A DNA stretch of 64,000 nucleotides, from NCBI GenBank assembly GCA_023898525.1, contig CP060227.1, forward strand, positions 557,634 through 621,633, in the 5' to 3' direction. A program made the position numbers and the translations under genes. The notes below the pieces were generated by a model, which worked only from the letters and a program-made list of their open reading frames with translations, did not search any database and had not been told where the DNA came from. This DNA comes from Candidatus Nomurabacteria bacterium. Its GTDB lineage: Bacteria; Patescibacteriota; Minisyncoccia; Phycocordibacterales; UBA918. Positions 44,551 through 54,546 of the stretch are shown here, in pieces (within the stretch, counting starts at the first letter, position 1; each line of letters opens with the position of its first letter).

Positions 44551-46812
44551 TTGACTGTAAAGTGTCTGACAATCTGTGCTACTATTGGTTTTATATTGAA
44601 TAAATTAAATATGAGAATAAAAAAATTAATAAAATTTCCGCTTAGTATAAAGAATCTTTTTATAGATTTATTTATTGTACTAATAGCCCTAGGAATCATA
44701 CTGTCAGCAGTGTTCTTAATCTGGATTTCAACCTTAAAAATACCAGATTTATCCTCTTTTGAAGAAAGACGTGTGTTACAGTCCACAAAAATTTATGATC
44801 GTACCGGCGAAATTCTTCTTTATGACCTCCACCAAGATGTTAGGCGGACCGTAGTTCCATTTGAAGATATTAATCGTCATATTAAAAATGCCACCATAGC
44901 CATTGAAGATGATGAATTCTATAAACATCACGGAATTGAACCCAAAGCCATTATTAGAGCAGTGGTAACAAACCTAACCCAAGGTGACCTACTAGGTGGA
45001 CAAGGTGGCTCAACCATAACCCAACAAGTGGTTAAAAACTCGCTTCTTCAAAACGAAAAAACTTTAACTCGAAAAGTTAAAGAGTGGATACTTGCTATTA
45101 AGTTAGAGAAAAACTTGTCCAAAGATGAGATTTTAGCCATCTATTTAAACGAGTCACCTTATGGTGGAACCATTTATGGTGTAGAAGAAGCAGCTCAATC
45201 ATTCTTTGGCAAACATGCTAGCGAGTTAACCTTAGCCGAATCAGCTTACATTGCCTCACTACCACAAGCCCCAACCTTTCTTTCACCTTATGGAAACCAT
45301 CGTGACGAATTAGATAAGCGACAAAAATTAGTACTAGAAAGAATGTTGGTAAATAATTTCATCAACCAAGAAGAGTATAGCGAGGCTGTTGCTGAAATAG
45401 TTACTTTCCAACCACAGGCTGTTGGTAGTATCCGGGCTCCGCACTTTGTAATGTACATTAGAGAGCAATTAGTTCAAAAGTATGGCGAAGAAGCTTTGTC
45501 AGAAAGAGGACTTCGAGTAATCACAACCTTAGACTGGGACTTACAAAAGGAAGCAGAAAGAATTGTCTACGAACGCGGACTAACTAATGTCGATAAATTC
45601 AAAGCTACTAACGCTGGACTAGTGGCTGTTGACCCAAAGACTGGTGATCTACTAACAATGGTTGGTTCCCGTGACTATTTCAGTGAAGATATAGATGGTA
45701 ACTTCAATGTTGCTTTAGCTACTCGTCAACCAGGTTCGTCAATCAAACCTTTTATCTATGCCAAAGCTTTTGAGAAAGGTTACCTACCAGATACGGTTGT
45801 GTTTGATGTAAAAACACAATTTTCACCACTTTGCGCCGCTGACAGTTTTAGTTCTGAGTCACCATGTTATTCTCCAAACAACTACAACCATAAGACGATT
45901 GGTCCAATAAACCTTCGTAACGCCTTAGCTCAATCACTAAACATACCGGCAGTTAAAACACTGTACTTAGCTGGTATTAAAGATTCCTTAAAACTTGCTT
46001 CAGATATGGGTCTAACCACCCTAAACGACCCAGACCGTTATGGACTAACCTTGGTACTAGGTGGTGGAGAAGTTAGATTGATTGACATGGCCTATGCTTA
46101 TGGAGTATTTGCCAATGAAGGTATCAAAGCTGAACCAAGATCTATTCTAAGAATTGAAGACACACGCGGCAACATCATTGAAGAGAGTCAAATCTCCACT
46201 AAACGAGTATTAGATAAAAACGCTGCTTTAATGATTAGCGATGTACTATCAGACAACATAGCTAGAACCCCACTCTGGGGAACCAACTCACCAATAAACT
46301 TCCCTAATCGCGATGTGGCCGCTAAATCAGGTAGTACCAACAACTTACGGGATGCTTGGATTATGGGTTACGCTCCAAACATAGCTGTTGGTGCCTGGGT
46401 AGGAAATAACGACAATTCTCCAATGGGAGGAGGTTTATCAGGACTTATTACAACACCAATGTGGCGAGAGTTTATGGATGTTGCTCTAGAAAAATTACCC
46501 GAAGAAAACTTCACCGAACCAACCATAAACCGGGTTGGTGTTAAACCAATAATTCGCGGAGAATATATAGACACTAGTAAATTATTTGAAATAATGGCTA
46601 GTGGAGACGAAATAAACGCAGACTCCTTAAATCAAATCTATAACGACATTCATAACATTCTTCATTACGTAAACAAAAACGATCCTCAAGGACCAACTCC
46701 AAGCAATCCACGCCAAGACGACCAATATGACAATTGGGAATACGCAGTCCAACTCTGGAAAAATGAAACCTATAACCTAAATAAAACAGAAGAAACTACT
46801 AACCAAAACTAA
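44551..46812 (+). CDS. Class A penicillin-binding protein (bifunctional glycosyltransferase/transpeptidase, PBP1A-type).
   Basis: The GT51 motifs are IAIEDDEFYKHHGIEPKA and GGSTITQQ. The TPase motifs are SGSSIKPF (SxxK), SxN and KSGST (KTG). The start is probably MRIKKLIKFP (ATG near 44611). Confidence 0.9.
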   Translation: MTVKCLTICATIGFILNKLNMRIKKLIKFPLSIKNLFIDLFIVLIALGIILSAVFLIWISTLKIPDLSSFEERRVLQSTKIYDRTGEILLYDLHQDVRRTVVPFEDINRHIKNATIAIEDDEFYKHHGIEPKAIIRAVVTNLTQGDLLGGQGGSTITQQVVKNSLLQNEKTLTRKVKEWILAIKLEKNLSKDEILAIYLNESPYGGTIYGVEEAAQSFFGKHASELTLAESAYIASLPQAPTFLSPYGNHRDELDKRQKLVLERMLVNNFINQEEYSEAVAEIVTFQPQAVGSIRAPHFVMYIREQLVQKYGEEALSERGLRVITTLDWDLQKEAERIVYERGLTNVDKFKATNAGLVAVDPKTGDLLTMVGSRDYFSEDIDGNFNVALATRQPGSSIKPFIYAKAFEKGYLPDTVVFDVKTQFSPLCAADSFSSESPCYSPNNYNHKTIGPINLRNALAQSLNIPAVKTLYLAGIKDSLKLASDMGLTTLNDPDRYGLTLVLGGGEVRLIDMAYAYGVFANEGIKAEPRSILRIEDTRGNIIEESQISTKRVLDKNAALMISDVLSDNIARTPLWGTNSPINFPNRDVAAKSGSTNNLRDAWIMGYAPNIAVGAWVGNNDNSPMGGGLSGLITTPMWREFMDVALEKLPEENFTEPTINRVGVKPIIRGEYIDTSKLFEIMASGDEINADSLNQIYNDIHNILHYVNKNDPQGPTPSNPRQDDQYDNWEYAVQLWKNETYNLNKTEETTNQN

Positions 46813-46814
46813 AA

Positions 46815-46866
46815 TAAGTCTATTTTATAAAAACCAGCCTTAAGGCTGGTTTTTATAAAATAGACT
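46815..46866. terminator. A perfect 23-bp-arm palindrome between convergent genes, overlapping the stop of 46853..47146.
   Basis: agtctattttataaaaaccagcc-ttaa-ggctggtttttataaaatagact. Confidence 0.7.
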
Positions 46867-47146
46867 GCGGCGCATTCTTTGTTCCTAATCTTTTTTTCAA
46901 TTCTTCAAGAATAGCCTGACAATGGAACCTAAGCTCCTGTTTTATAAGACTGGAAGCAGTAATAGCTAAAGTTCTGCTCGCAGGAGTGTATTTAACCTGT
47001 TTTTCGGTTAATTTTAACCCAGAAATTTCACCAATCACCCTTACTGCCTCTAGCTCTACAGTTTTTTGCGGCGCTTGTAATGTACGACGATACTTCTCAA
47101 ACAAATCCTTAACAGCAACAATTTCACCTCTTCGTTTAGCTGCCAT
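46853..47146 (-). CDS. Small DUF721-like protein, as often found near dnaN/recF.
   Basis: It is 97 aa and lies immediately downstream of dnaN. The assignment rests on position and size only. Confidence 0.35.
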   Translation of the reverse strand: MAAKRRGEIVAVKDLFEKYRRTLQAPQKTVELEAVRVIGEISGLKLTEKQVKYTPASRTLAITASSLIKQELRFHCQAILEELKKRLGTKNAPQSIL

Positions 47147-47155
47147 ATAAATTAA

Positions 47156-48253
47156 CTAACGATTCATCGGCATCACCAAATACCTTAAGGTATTGTCTGA
47201 CACACCATTTATCACGAGTGGTCGACCAATACCAGCAAAATGCATAACAATACTGTCATCAGAGATATGAGACAATGGCTCTATTAAATATTGCTGATTG
47301 AAGTTTAAGGATAGTTCTTCACCTTCAATTACAGCCTTAACAGTATCAGTAATATGCCCTACCTCGTTATTTTGTGAAGAAACAACAATATTACCATCAG
47401 TTAAAGACAGCGAAACTTGATGGAATTTATTTAAAAACACAGAAGTTTTCTTAAAAGCATTTAGGAGTTCACTTTTTAGCACCGTAACATGTGTAATGTA
47501 CTCTTTCGGTATTATCTGTTCATAATCTGGAAAAGACCCTGACACCAACCGAGAGGTTACGTATACCCCCTCAGAAACAAAATCCAAAGCACACTGGTTA
47601 TCGGTCACTGTTAAAACCGGATCATCTTCCAATAAATCACAAATACGAGCCAATTCAATCGCATTCTTTTGTGGCACCAAAAACGAGTGATCAAGCACCA
47701 CCCCTTTTTGCGGCACTCGCTTTTCCATTAAGCGAAAAGAATCGGTGGATACAAAAGTTAAAGAGTGTTCCCTTTTTTGCTGAACATAAACACTACCTAA
47801 CTCAGGCTTTATAGAAGACTGTGAAGCAGCAAAGGCGGTAGTTTTTATACCCGAAGCAAAAAGAGGTCTATTAACCTTCACTCCTCCACCCTCAAGGTGT
47901 CTTATAGTTGGAAATTCCTCGAAAGGAATTGACTTAATAGAAGTATTAGTTTGCTTTGATTCAATCAATAATACACCATCTTCGTCACGAAGGGTTATTT
48001 CTGATTGATTAATATACTGAATACTTTGCAGTAGAGTTGTCATCGGTACCGCTATTGTCCCAATTTCATTTATTTTACCTGGAATAGTAACTTCGATACT
48101 CAACTCCAGATTAGTAGCCTTGATGGATATGGTATCTGCCGTTGCATTAATTAAAGCACACTGCAAAACAGGTAGAGTCACATGCTTAGTGCTGATACGA
48201 CTGATGAGTTCCAGAGTTTTAATTAGTTGTGGATGAGGGGTTATTATTTCCAT
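47156..48253 (-). CDS. dnaN: DNA polymerase III beta subunit (sliding clamp).
   Basis: It is 365 aa with a three-domain clamp pattern. It lies downstream of dnaA. Confidence 0.9.
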   Translation of the reverse strand: MEIITPHPQLIKTLELISRISTKHVTLPVLQCALINATADTISIKATNLELSIEVTIPGKINEIGTIAVPMTTLLQSIQYINQSEITLRDEDGVLLIESKQTNTSIKSIPFEEFPTIRHLEGGGVKVNRPLFASGIKTTAFAASQSSIKPELGSVYVQQKREHSLTFVSTDSFRLMEKRVPQKGVVLDHSFLVPQKNAIELARICDLLEDDPVLTVTDNQCALDFVSEGVYVTSRLVSGSFPDYEQIIPKEYITHVTVLKSELLNAFKKTSVFLNKFHQVSLSLTDGNIVVSSQNNEVGHITDTVKAVIEGEELSLNFNQQYLIEPLSHISDDSIVMHFAGIGRPLVINGVSDNTLRYLVMPMNR

Positions 48254-48627
48254 ATTTAAATCATATTCTACTCTTTATTATTAGGGTTGTGGAAGTGTGC
48301 ATATCTCAAAAATATGTTGTATTTATAATCGTTTTTTATCAACAATACCTATTGGTGATAGTTGGTATCGTGTTTGAGAGTTTGGGATAAGGTGTGAATA
48401 TTAAGCTGGTGACTAAAAAGGCTAAAAATAATGTTGATAAGATGGTAGGCAAACCAACACTTTTTCCTAGTATAACACTGTCTTACTAACAGGTTTTCCG
48501 AGTCATAACCCAAAACATTTTTAAAGTTATTAACAAGGTAATTAACATGTGGTTGGTTAAGTTTTTATAAACAAATAACCCCAAGCACTAGTGGGGTTAT
48601 TTGTTTATATTAATTACTTTACTTCAT

Positions 48628-50034
48628 CTACTTAAGAAGCATCCTTATTTGGGTTATTTCTTCCTCCAGTTCGGAATTGGACTTTAGTTCTAGTTTTATT
48701 TTTTCACAAGAGTGGATCACGGTGGTGTGGTCGCGACCGCCAAGTTTTTTACCAATGGCTGGATAAGAGACTTGAAAATCCTCTCTTAGAATATACATGA
48801 TAATTTGTCTAGGTTTAACAATTTCTTTTCGTCTGGTTTTTTCATAAATACTAGATTGGTCTATATCAAAATATCGAGCCACTTTATCCACCACATCAGA
48901 AACTGCGAGAGTTTTTCTTGGTTTTGAACTGTTTTTAATTATCGACTTTACTTCATCTAATGATAGGGTTTTACCTAATAGTTGTGATTGGCACATGATG
49001 GTGTTTAATGCACCTTCCAGTTCCCGTATATTACCTTCGATTGTATAGGCTAGATGGTCTACTACATCGTCTGATAGTGTAATACTGTTTTGGGCTGCTT
49101 TAGCTTTCAAAATAGCGGCTCTTGACTCAAGGTCTGGGGCTGGTATGTCCACAATCATCCCTTGAGAAAAACGAGACAGTAATCTCTCTTCTAAACCAGA
49201 CAATAAAGCGGGGTGAACATCACTTGAAAACACTATTTGTTTATTGGTGTCGTGTAAAGCGTTAAACAAATGGAACAGCTCCTCTTGCGTTTTTTCTTTA
49301 TTGGCCAAGAATTGTACATCGTCCATTATTAAAACATCATACTGACGATATTTATCCTTAAAGCTATTAGCGGTGCCGCTTTGAAGTGAGTTGAAGTAGT
49401 CAACTGCAAAACGTTCGCTGGTAACATAGTATACTTTTTTACCAGTTTTTTTAACCTGATTACCTACTGCTTGGATAAGGTGAGTCTTACCGTGGCCGGT
49501 CTTACCGTAAATAAAAAGCGGATTATAAGCTATCCCTGGTCGTTCACTAACAGCTTTAGCGGCGGTATGGGCCAAGGCGTTGTAGGGGCCAATAACAAAG
49601 GTGTCAAAAGAATATTTTGGATTAAGGTTATCGCTTTTGTTTATATAATATTCTTCCAGCGGTAGGGCTGCGTTAACAGTCTGAGTTTTATTACTATCAG
49701 CTCTACGGTCAGTGCGCTGCACTACTTCATATTCAACACTGCGAACATAAGGAGTTAAATCCCTAAGAGTTTTAAGAATCATTGATTGAAATTTGTCTTG
49801 TAGCCAATCGCGAACAAAAACACTAGGTACCGCCAGACTAATCGTACCATCCTCTAGAGATAGAATGTATGTATCTCTAAACCAAGTCTTAAAATTGGCT
49901 GGAGTAATAGAGAGTTCAATTTTAACCAAAGCATCGTCCCACAACTTTTTTACATCTATATGTTCAGTGCGAACTATACTATTGGTTGGTTGTGGGTGTG
50001 AGATTTGGTTCATAATCAGAAGTGTATAACACAC
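48628..50034 (-). CDS. dnaA: Chromosomal replication initiator DnaA.
   Basis: The AAA+ Walker A is GKTGHGKTHL. Walker B is LIMDDVQFL. The sensors are present. The C-terminal DNA-binding domain is IGKKLGGRDHTTVIHSCEKI. The start is probably MNQISHP... Confidence 0.95.
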   Translation of the reverse strand: MCYTLLIMNQISHPQPTNSIVRTEHIDVKKLWDDALVKIELSITPANFKTWFRDTYILSLEDGTISLAVPSVFVRDWLQDKFQSMILKTLRDLTPYVRSVEYEVVQRTDRRADSNKTQTVNAALPLEEYYINKSDNLNPKYSFDTFVIGPYNALAHTAAKAVSERPGIAYNPLFIYGKTGHGKTHLIQAVGNQVKKTGKKVYYVTSERFAVDYFNSLQSGTANSFKDKYRQYDVLIMDDVQFLANKEKTQEELFHLFNALHDTNKQIVFSSDVHPALLSGLEERLLSRFSQGMIVDIPAPDLESRAAILKAKAAQNSITLSDDVVDHLAYTIEGNIRELEGALNTIMCQSQLLGKTLSLDEVKSIIKNSSKPRKTLAVSDVVDKVARYFDIDQSSIYEKTRRKEIVKPRQIIMYILREDFQVSYPAIGKKLGGRDHTTVIHSCEKIKLELKSNSELEEEITQIRMLLK

Positions 50035-50267
50035 TGCATTATACCCTCATTCTCAAAGCTGTAAAACCCATACGTACTTTTGAAGTAAAACCAATAACTT
50101 TTTTTAAAAATAAAAATGCAACTGTGTATAACCTGTGTATAAAATGTAATTAAAAATATACCACCCTACCCTCTTTTTTGTGACCTATACAACAAATCTA
50201 ACTAAGCTATTGAATTATTTATTTAATCATGTATAGTGTGACGGTAAATTACATTAGCTGAAATCAT
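50035..50267. promoter_or_regulatory. Candidate oriC / DnaA-box region between divergent dnaA and rpmH.
   Basis: The region is AT-rich. Two direct TGTGTATAA boxes (matching TGTGNAWAA) lie at 50123-50131 and 50134-50142, one helical turn apart. Degenerate boxes (TTATCAACA, TGTTGATAA) also occur in the dnaA-dnaN spacer at 48254-48627. Confidence 0.4.
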
Positions 50268-50417
50268 ATGAGTAAAAGAACTTATCAACCAAGCAAAAGA
50301 AAAAGGGCTACTACCCATGGTTTTTTGGTACGCAGCGCCACCCCTTCTGGAGCTAAGGTTTTACAAGCAAGACGTCGTAAAGGACGGGCACAACTAACGG
50401 TCAAAAAAGCTCGCTAA
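50268..50417 (+). CDS. rpmH: 50S ribosomal protein L34.
   Basis: It is not in the ORF track because it is shorter than 60 aa. My translation is [49 protein letters not shown], a classic L34. It lies upstream of rnpA. Confidence 0.85.
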   Translation: MSKRTYQPSKRKRATTHGFLVRSATPSGAKVLQARRRKGRAQLTVKKAR

Positions 50418-50465
50418 GAGCTTTTTTGTTATATGAAATAACGTTATTATAATAATAGTTATTTT

Positions 50466-50792
50466 ATGTTAAAAAAAACCAGTCGCCTAAACTCTGCTTC
50501 CTTTAATACACTTTTAGCTCAAGGTAGAAGATTACATAATATGTATTCTACCGTCATTTACGCACCAGCCACCAGTTTTGCTTGTGTGGTGGTGGTTGGT
50601 AAGAAGATTTTTAAAAAGGCTCATGACCGCAATCGGTTGCGGCGACGTGTTTATGCAGTTATTAGTCGATTGGTTGCTGATAAAAAACCAACCGGTGCTT
50701 ATATTGTGTTGATAAAACCGAATATTAAGGAGTTGACGAAAAACGAAGTTATAGAGGTTATTAAAAAAGAAGTTGGACGAGTAATAAAATAA
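50466..50792 (+). CDS. rnpA: Ribonuclease P protein component.
   Basis: It is a 108-aa basic protein with KKAHDRNRLRRRVYA (the RNR motif). The rpmH-rnpA-yidC synteny supports the call. Confidence 0.85.
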   Translation: MLKKTSRLNSASFNTLLAQGRRLHNMYSTVIYAPATSFACVVVVGKKIFKKAHDRNRLRRRVYAVISRLVADKKPTGAYIVLIKPNIKELTKNEVIEVIKKEVGRVIK

Positions 50793-50808
50793 AGGTAGAA
50801 TAGTCACC

Positions 50809-51537
50809 ATGAGTTATATTTGGCATACATTTTTTTTCGACCCTGTTTACAACGGGTTAATATTTTTTATTGACATTATTCCTGGAGGTGATGTTGGGGT
50901 GGCGATTATCGCTACGGTGGCGGTAGTTAAGTTTATTTTGTTACCACTTTCTATCAAAGCGGCTAAAACGCAAAAAATAATGCGGGAAATTGAACCTAAG
51001 TTGCGAGAAATAAAAGAGAAGCACAAAGACAATAAAGAAGAACAAGCTAGGGCGATGATGGAAATTTATCGCGATGCTGGTATGAATCCATTTGCTAGTT
51101 TGTTTTTGGTTTTTCTGCAAATTCCGATCATTATTGCCCTTTACTTTTCGGTTTATAGTGGCGGCGGGGTAGCTTTACCGGAAATTAACACCGCTCTACT
51201 CTACTCTTTTGTGTCTACTCCCAGTTTGGTTGATATGAATTTCCTAGGCATGATTGATATATCTGGTAAGAGTGTACTATTGGCTGCTTTAGCGGGTGTT
51301 ACCCAATACTATCAGGTTAAACTGGCGATGCCTCAAATGGCCCCACGAGATCCTAATAAGGCTCCTGACATGAAAGAGGATATTATGCGCAATATGCAGC
51401 TACAAATGCGCTATGTTATGCCGGTCATTATTTTTGTAGTATCTTACGTTATATCAGCAGCGATTGCTCTTTACTTCTTTGTTAGCAATGTGGCAGCTAT
51501 CTTACAAGAATTACATATAAAAAAGCATCATCGGTAA
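50809..51537 (+). CDS. yidC: Membrane protein insertase YidC (short Gram-positive/Oxa1-like form).
   Basis: LLPLSIKAAKTQKIMREIEPKLREIKEKHKDNKEEQARAMMEIYRDAGMNP is the hallmark YidC C1-loop region. It has five TM segments. Confidence 0.85.
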   Translation: MSYIWHTFFFDPVYNGLIFFIDIIPGGDVGVAIIATVAVVKFILLPLSIKAAKTQKIMREIEPKLREIKEKHKDNKEEQARAMMEIYRDAGMNPFASLFLVFLQIPIIIALYFSVYSGGGVALPEINTALLYSFVSTPSLVDMNFLGMIDISGKSVLLAALAGVTQYYQVKLAMPQMAPRDPNKAPDMKEDIMRNMQLQMRYVMPVIIFVVSYVISAAIALYFFVSNVAAILQELHIKKHHR

Positions 51538-51597
51538 AAAGTATTGATAGTAAAATAAAAAAACCACCACAATCGTGGTGATTTTTTTATTATGTTT

Positions 51598-52347
51598 TTA
51601 CTGATTGTATGGATCGTAAGTACAGGCAATTTTAGTATTATCGGTGATATCGCCCCAGGTGTTGGTTGGGTGGAAAGCGGTACCTTTTAAATCTGCACAG
51701 GCGGCTTCTTGAGCGCTACAGTCGTAATTAGGCACCATATAAGTTACACCGGATTTAGGGTCTGTAAAAGGAACGTTACCGTCCCCTGGAACACATCCAA
51801 ATACTTTAGTGGTCAAAGACACATCGCTGGATTTGCGGATACACCACCAACTACCAGCTTCGCTGGTTGGTTGTGCTGTGCCACCTATATCTTCACAAGC
51901 AGCTTTACTGCTAACAACAGATAAGGTTTCTCCAGCACCTGCATTGTAAGCCGGTTCTGCTCCCAGTCTTTCAGCTTGAGTTGGGCCGTTGAGTTCGTTT
52001 GGTGGTGCTAGAAATATCTGTGTATTAGCTAGTTGTGGGTTAATGGTAGTGAGGACTAGAACGGCCGAGATAACAATTAATAAACCAAGGGTGGCGCCCC
52101 AAATATCACTCTTAGCTTCTTGTTTGGAGGTAACAATATCAGACAGCATCCACCTAAGCCCGGCGATGATGATCTTTATAACCGCCAGTAAAGCAGCGAC
52201 AGCGATTGAAAGGGCGTATAATCTATTTATATAAGTGCCGAAGTCGGTGTTTGGATCAACTCCAATACCGACCAGTTGTTGGTATTGAGCTAAGGTTATG
52301 GAAGGTAGCAATATAATTGCCAGTATAAATAGTGTTTTATAATTCAT
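51598..52347 (-). CDS. Secreted protein with a VirB2/TrbC-pilin-like N-terminal half (signal peptide plus two TM helices) and a Cys-rich C-terminal extension. It is the last gene of the T4SS-like operon.
   Basis: The signal peptide is MNYKTLFILAIILLPSITLA. Two hydrophobic helices (LYALSIAVAALLAVIKIIIAGL and IWGATLGLLIVISAVLVLTTI) are separated by a charged loop. The last 140 aa contain 8 Cys. Confidence 0.3.
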   Translation of the reverse strand: MNYKTLFILAIILLPSITLAQYQQLVGIGVDPNTDFGTYINRLYALSIAVAALLAVIKIIIAGLRWMLSDIVTSKQEAKSDIWGATLGLLIVISAVLVLTTINPQLANTQIFLAPPNELNGPTQAERLGAEPAYNAGAGETLSVVSSKAACEDIGGTAQPTSEAGSWWCIRKSSDVSLTTKVFGCVPGDGNVPFTDPKSGVTYMVPNYDCSAQEAACADLKGTAFHPTNTWGDITDNTKIACTYDPYNQ

Positions 52348-53530
52348 ACATCCAAAGAGTGTTATCGTTCTTGTTTATAAAGTATACTGCTTTTTCGCTG
52401 CTTCCGATACCTAGGTTTGTCACATCAATCTCTCTTTGACTTTCGGTAAAAGTATCAACCAATAAGTTGGCAGTTAAATCGGTGCTGGAAATTAACCAAA
52501 GAGAATCCTTGAAATTGGTCTCCCCTTGGTACCAGCTGTCCGGAAGGTTGATTGATTGATTGGTGCTACTGTCATAAGCACAGATAAAATTAGAAGTGTT
52601 TTCGGCGGTAATACATTTTTCCGGCAAGAAACTTACTGGAAGAGGAAAGTTTGCTTCGGTGTTAGATTCTCTGTTATAGATAAAAGCTCTATATTCAGTA
52701 CCAGTGTTTTTACTATAAGCAATAATTTTATTATTAGCTAAGGCGGTAAAACCGGCCCCATCGGCTGGTAAACGATTTATTTTTCCAGCCTTTATTTCCG
52801 CTAAGTAACCTTCCAAGATCGAAGCTGGCTTTGGGTACATGTAATGGGTGGCTGAGCTGTCACTTCCCCATTCAATAATCGCTTCACTTATTGGTAAGTC
52901 AAAGATGGTTTTATCGGTCTCGGTTTTTAAATTATAACTATGCCCTGTTAAACCAGTACTTTCCTTCACTGAATATAAAAGTTCTTGCCCATCATTACTA
53001 AGAGTAAAACTGTCGGCTGAAGTTGTGATTTGCTCCGTTGTAAGATCACTACTGGTGCTTATTTCACCAACAGTTAAGGTCGTGTTTTTGGAATTTCCCG
53101 GTGTACCCATCACCACATAGTCACCAGCTGGAGACACCATCGCGGTAGTAGCTCCTACTATAGTGGTACCAGAGACCCTAGCTTCCTCACCAGTTTCTAA
53201 ATTTAAGCTATAGATGTGACCAGTTCCCATTTCTACATAATAAATCGTTGGTAGCTCAGTAGTAGTAGTTCCTTGGTCGATTTCTCCCCAACCAGCAACC
53301 ATTTTAGTGGTTAGTTGGCGTAATTTTGGACGATTAGTGTTTACAATTGGGGTTTCTTCTTCTAGATTTTGACCTTGGTTGTTATCAATCACTTCTTCAC
53401 TACCTAGTCCAAAATTAGCATATATGTCATCAGCTGACTTGGGTGTACCGAAGAATAATAAATATGCCCAGATAATGATTAATATAAAAATAATGATGGC
53501 GCCGACAATAATGAAGATTGGTTTATTCAT
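52337..53530 (-). CDS. Membrane-anchored extracytoplasmic protein (Thr/Ser-rich, beta-rich), T4SS-operon component.
   Basis: It has an N-terminal TM segment (IFIIVGAIIIFILIIIWAYLLFF) and sits within the operon. Confidence 0.45.
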   Translation of the reverse strand: MNKPIFIIVGAIIIFILIIIWAYLLFFGTPKSADDIYANFGLGSEEVIDNNQGQNLEEETPIVNTNRPKLRQLTTKMVAGWGEIDQGTTTTELPTIYYVEMGTGHIYSLNLETGEEARVSGTTIVGATTAMVSPAGDYVVMGTPGNSKNTTLTVGEISTSSDLTTEQITTSADSFTLSNDGQELLYSVKESTGLTGHSYNLKTETDKTIFDLPISEAIIEWGSDSSATHYMYPKPASILEGYLAEIKAGKINRLPADGAGFTALANNKIIAYSKNTGTEYRAFIYNRESNTEANFPLPVSFLPEKCITAENTSNFICAYDSSTNQSINLPDSWYQGETNFKDSLWLISSTDLTANLLVDTFTESQREIDVTNLGIGSSEKAVYFINKNDNTLWMYEL

Positions 53531-53539
53531 ACACTATAC

Positions 53540-54499
53540 TTAGAAATTTACCTTAAAGCTACCTTTGGCTCCTTGTAAAAAGTTGGTTGTGCTGTTGATT
53601 CGGAAACTAACATTCGAAACGCCAGATGATCCTTGTCTAGCCAAGGTTACTTCATAAGGGTTGTTGCCGGCACTCGGACTTCTTTGTCCATCAATCTTCC
53701 ATTCCAGAACATCGGGACGGTTATAAGTGTTTATGTCTACAAAGTAAGGTTCGGCTTGAACGCTAACGCTGTTACCAATCAAATTTAAGGTCCTATCAAT
53801 TGGTATATGCTTTACACCGTATAAAGTATTGGTTTCGTAGAATAGCATTTTTGGATCACCGTAAACGAGTGGAATAGTGCGTTTGGCAACTAGTTCACCG
53901 GCTAGGTTGGTGATGGTGACAGTCACAACATTTTGGTAGCCTGGTGGAACCTTGAGGGCTACTTTATAATTTCCACGAAGTGATCCTCCAGCCAATACAG
54001 TGTCGTTTAAAGACCAGTTGTAAATATAATTTTCAGAGTCACTCAAACTACTGTTGATAAGAGCGGTTAGGTTAATAGTGCTTTCTAGTGTGGGAATGGC
54101 ACGGCCTTGGTAAAAGCTTGGTGTTTTAGTTTGTGGTTCTATAACAATATCTAGGTAGAATGGTCTAATCACTCTTTTAGCTGAAAAAATAATCCCCTCA
54201 AAGGTTTTGGCAGATACTTCTATGGTGGTAGGTTGGCCAATATCTTTGGTGGTAAAATCAACAGTTTTTTGATTATTGGCTTCGGGTACAGCTTCACCAT
54301 CTATTTTCCAGCTGATACCAGTAATGTTTAGTGGTACAGAGTAATCATCTACTGTAGCGGTGTTTTTAGAGAACGGCTTTGTATATTCATCTTTTAGAGT
54401 GATACTTAAATTAGTTTGTTGATTAACACTGAAATTGCTTTGGGCGTAGGTAAAACTTATGGGCAGAAAAATAGTGAAAATAAATATTAGGTATCTCAT
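53540..54499 (-). CDS. Secreted protein (Sec signal peptide), T4SS-operon component.
   Basis: The signal peptide is MRYLIFIFTIFLPISFTYA-QS. Confidence 0.45.
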   Translation of the reverse strand: MRYLIFIFTIFLPISFTYAQSNFSVNQQTNLSITLKDEYTKPFSKNTATVDDYSVPLNITGISWKIDGEAVPEANNQKTVDFTTKDIGQPTTIEVSAKTFEGIIFSAKRVIRPFYLDIVIEPQTKTPSFYQGRAIPTLESTINLTALINSSLSDSENYIYNWSLNDTVLAGGSLRGNYKVALKVPPGYQNVVTVTITNLAGELVAKRTIPLVYGDPKMLFYETNTLYGVKHIPIDRTLNLIGNSVSVQAEPYFVDINTYNRPDVLEWKIDGQRSPSAGNNPYEVTLARQGSSGVSNVSFRINSTTNFLQGAKGSFKVNF

Positions 54500-54546
54500 G
54501 GTTATTATAATAACAAACTATAGGCAAAAAAAAGCATCTTTAGACA

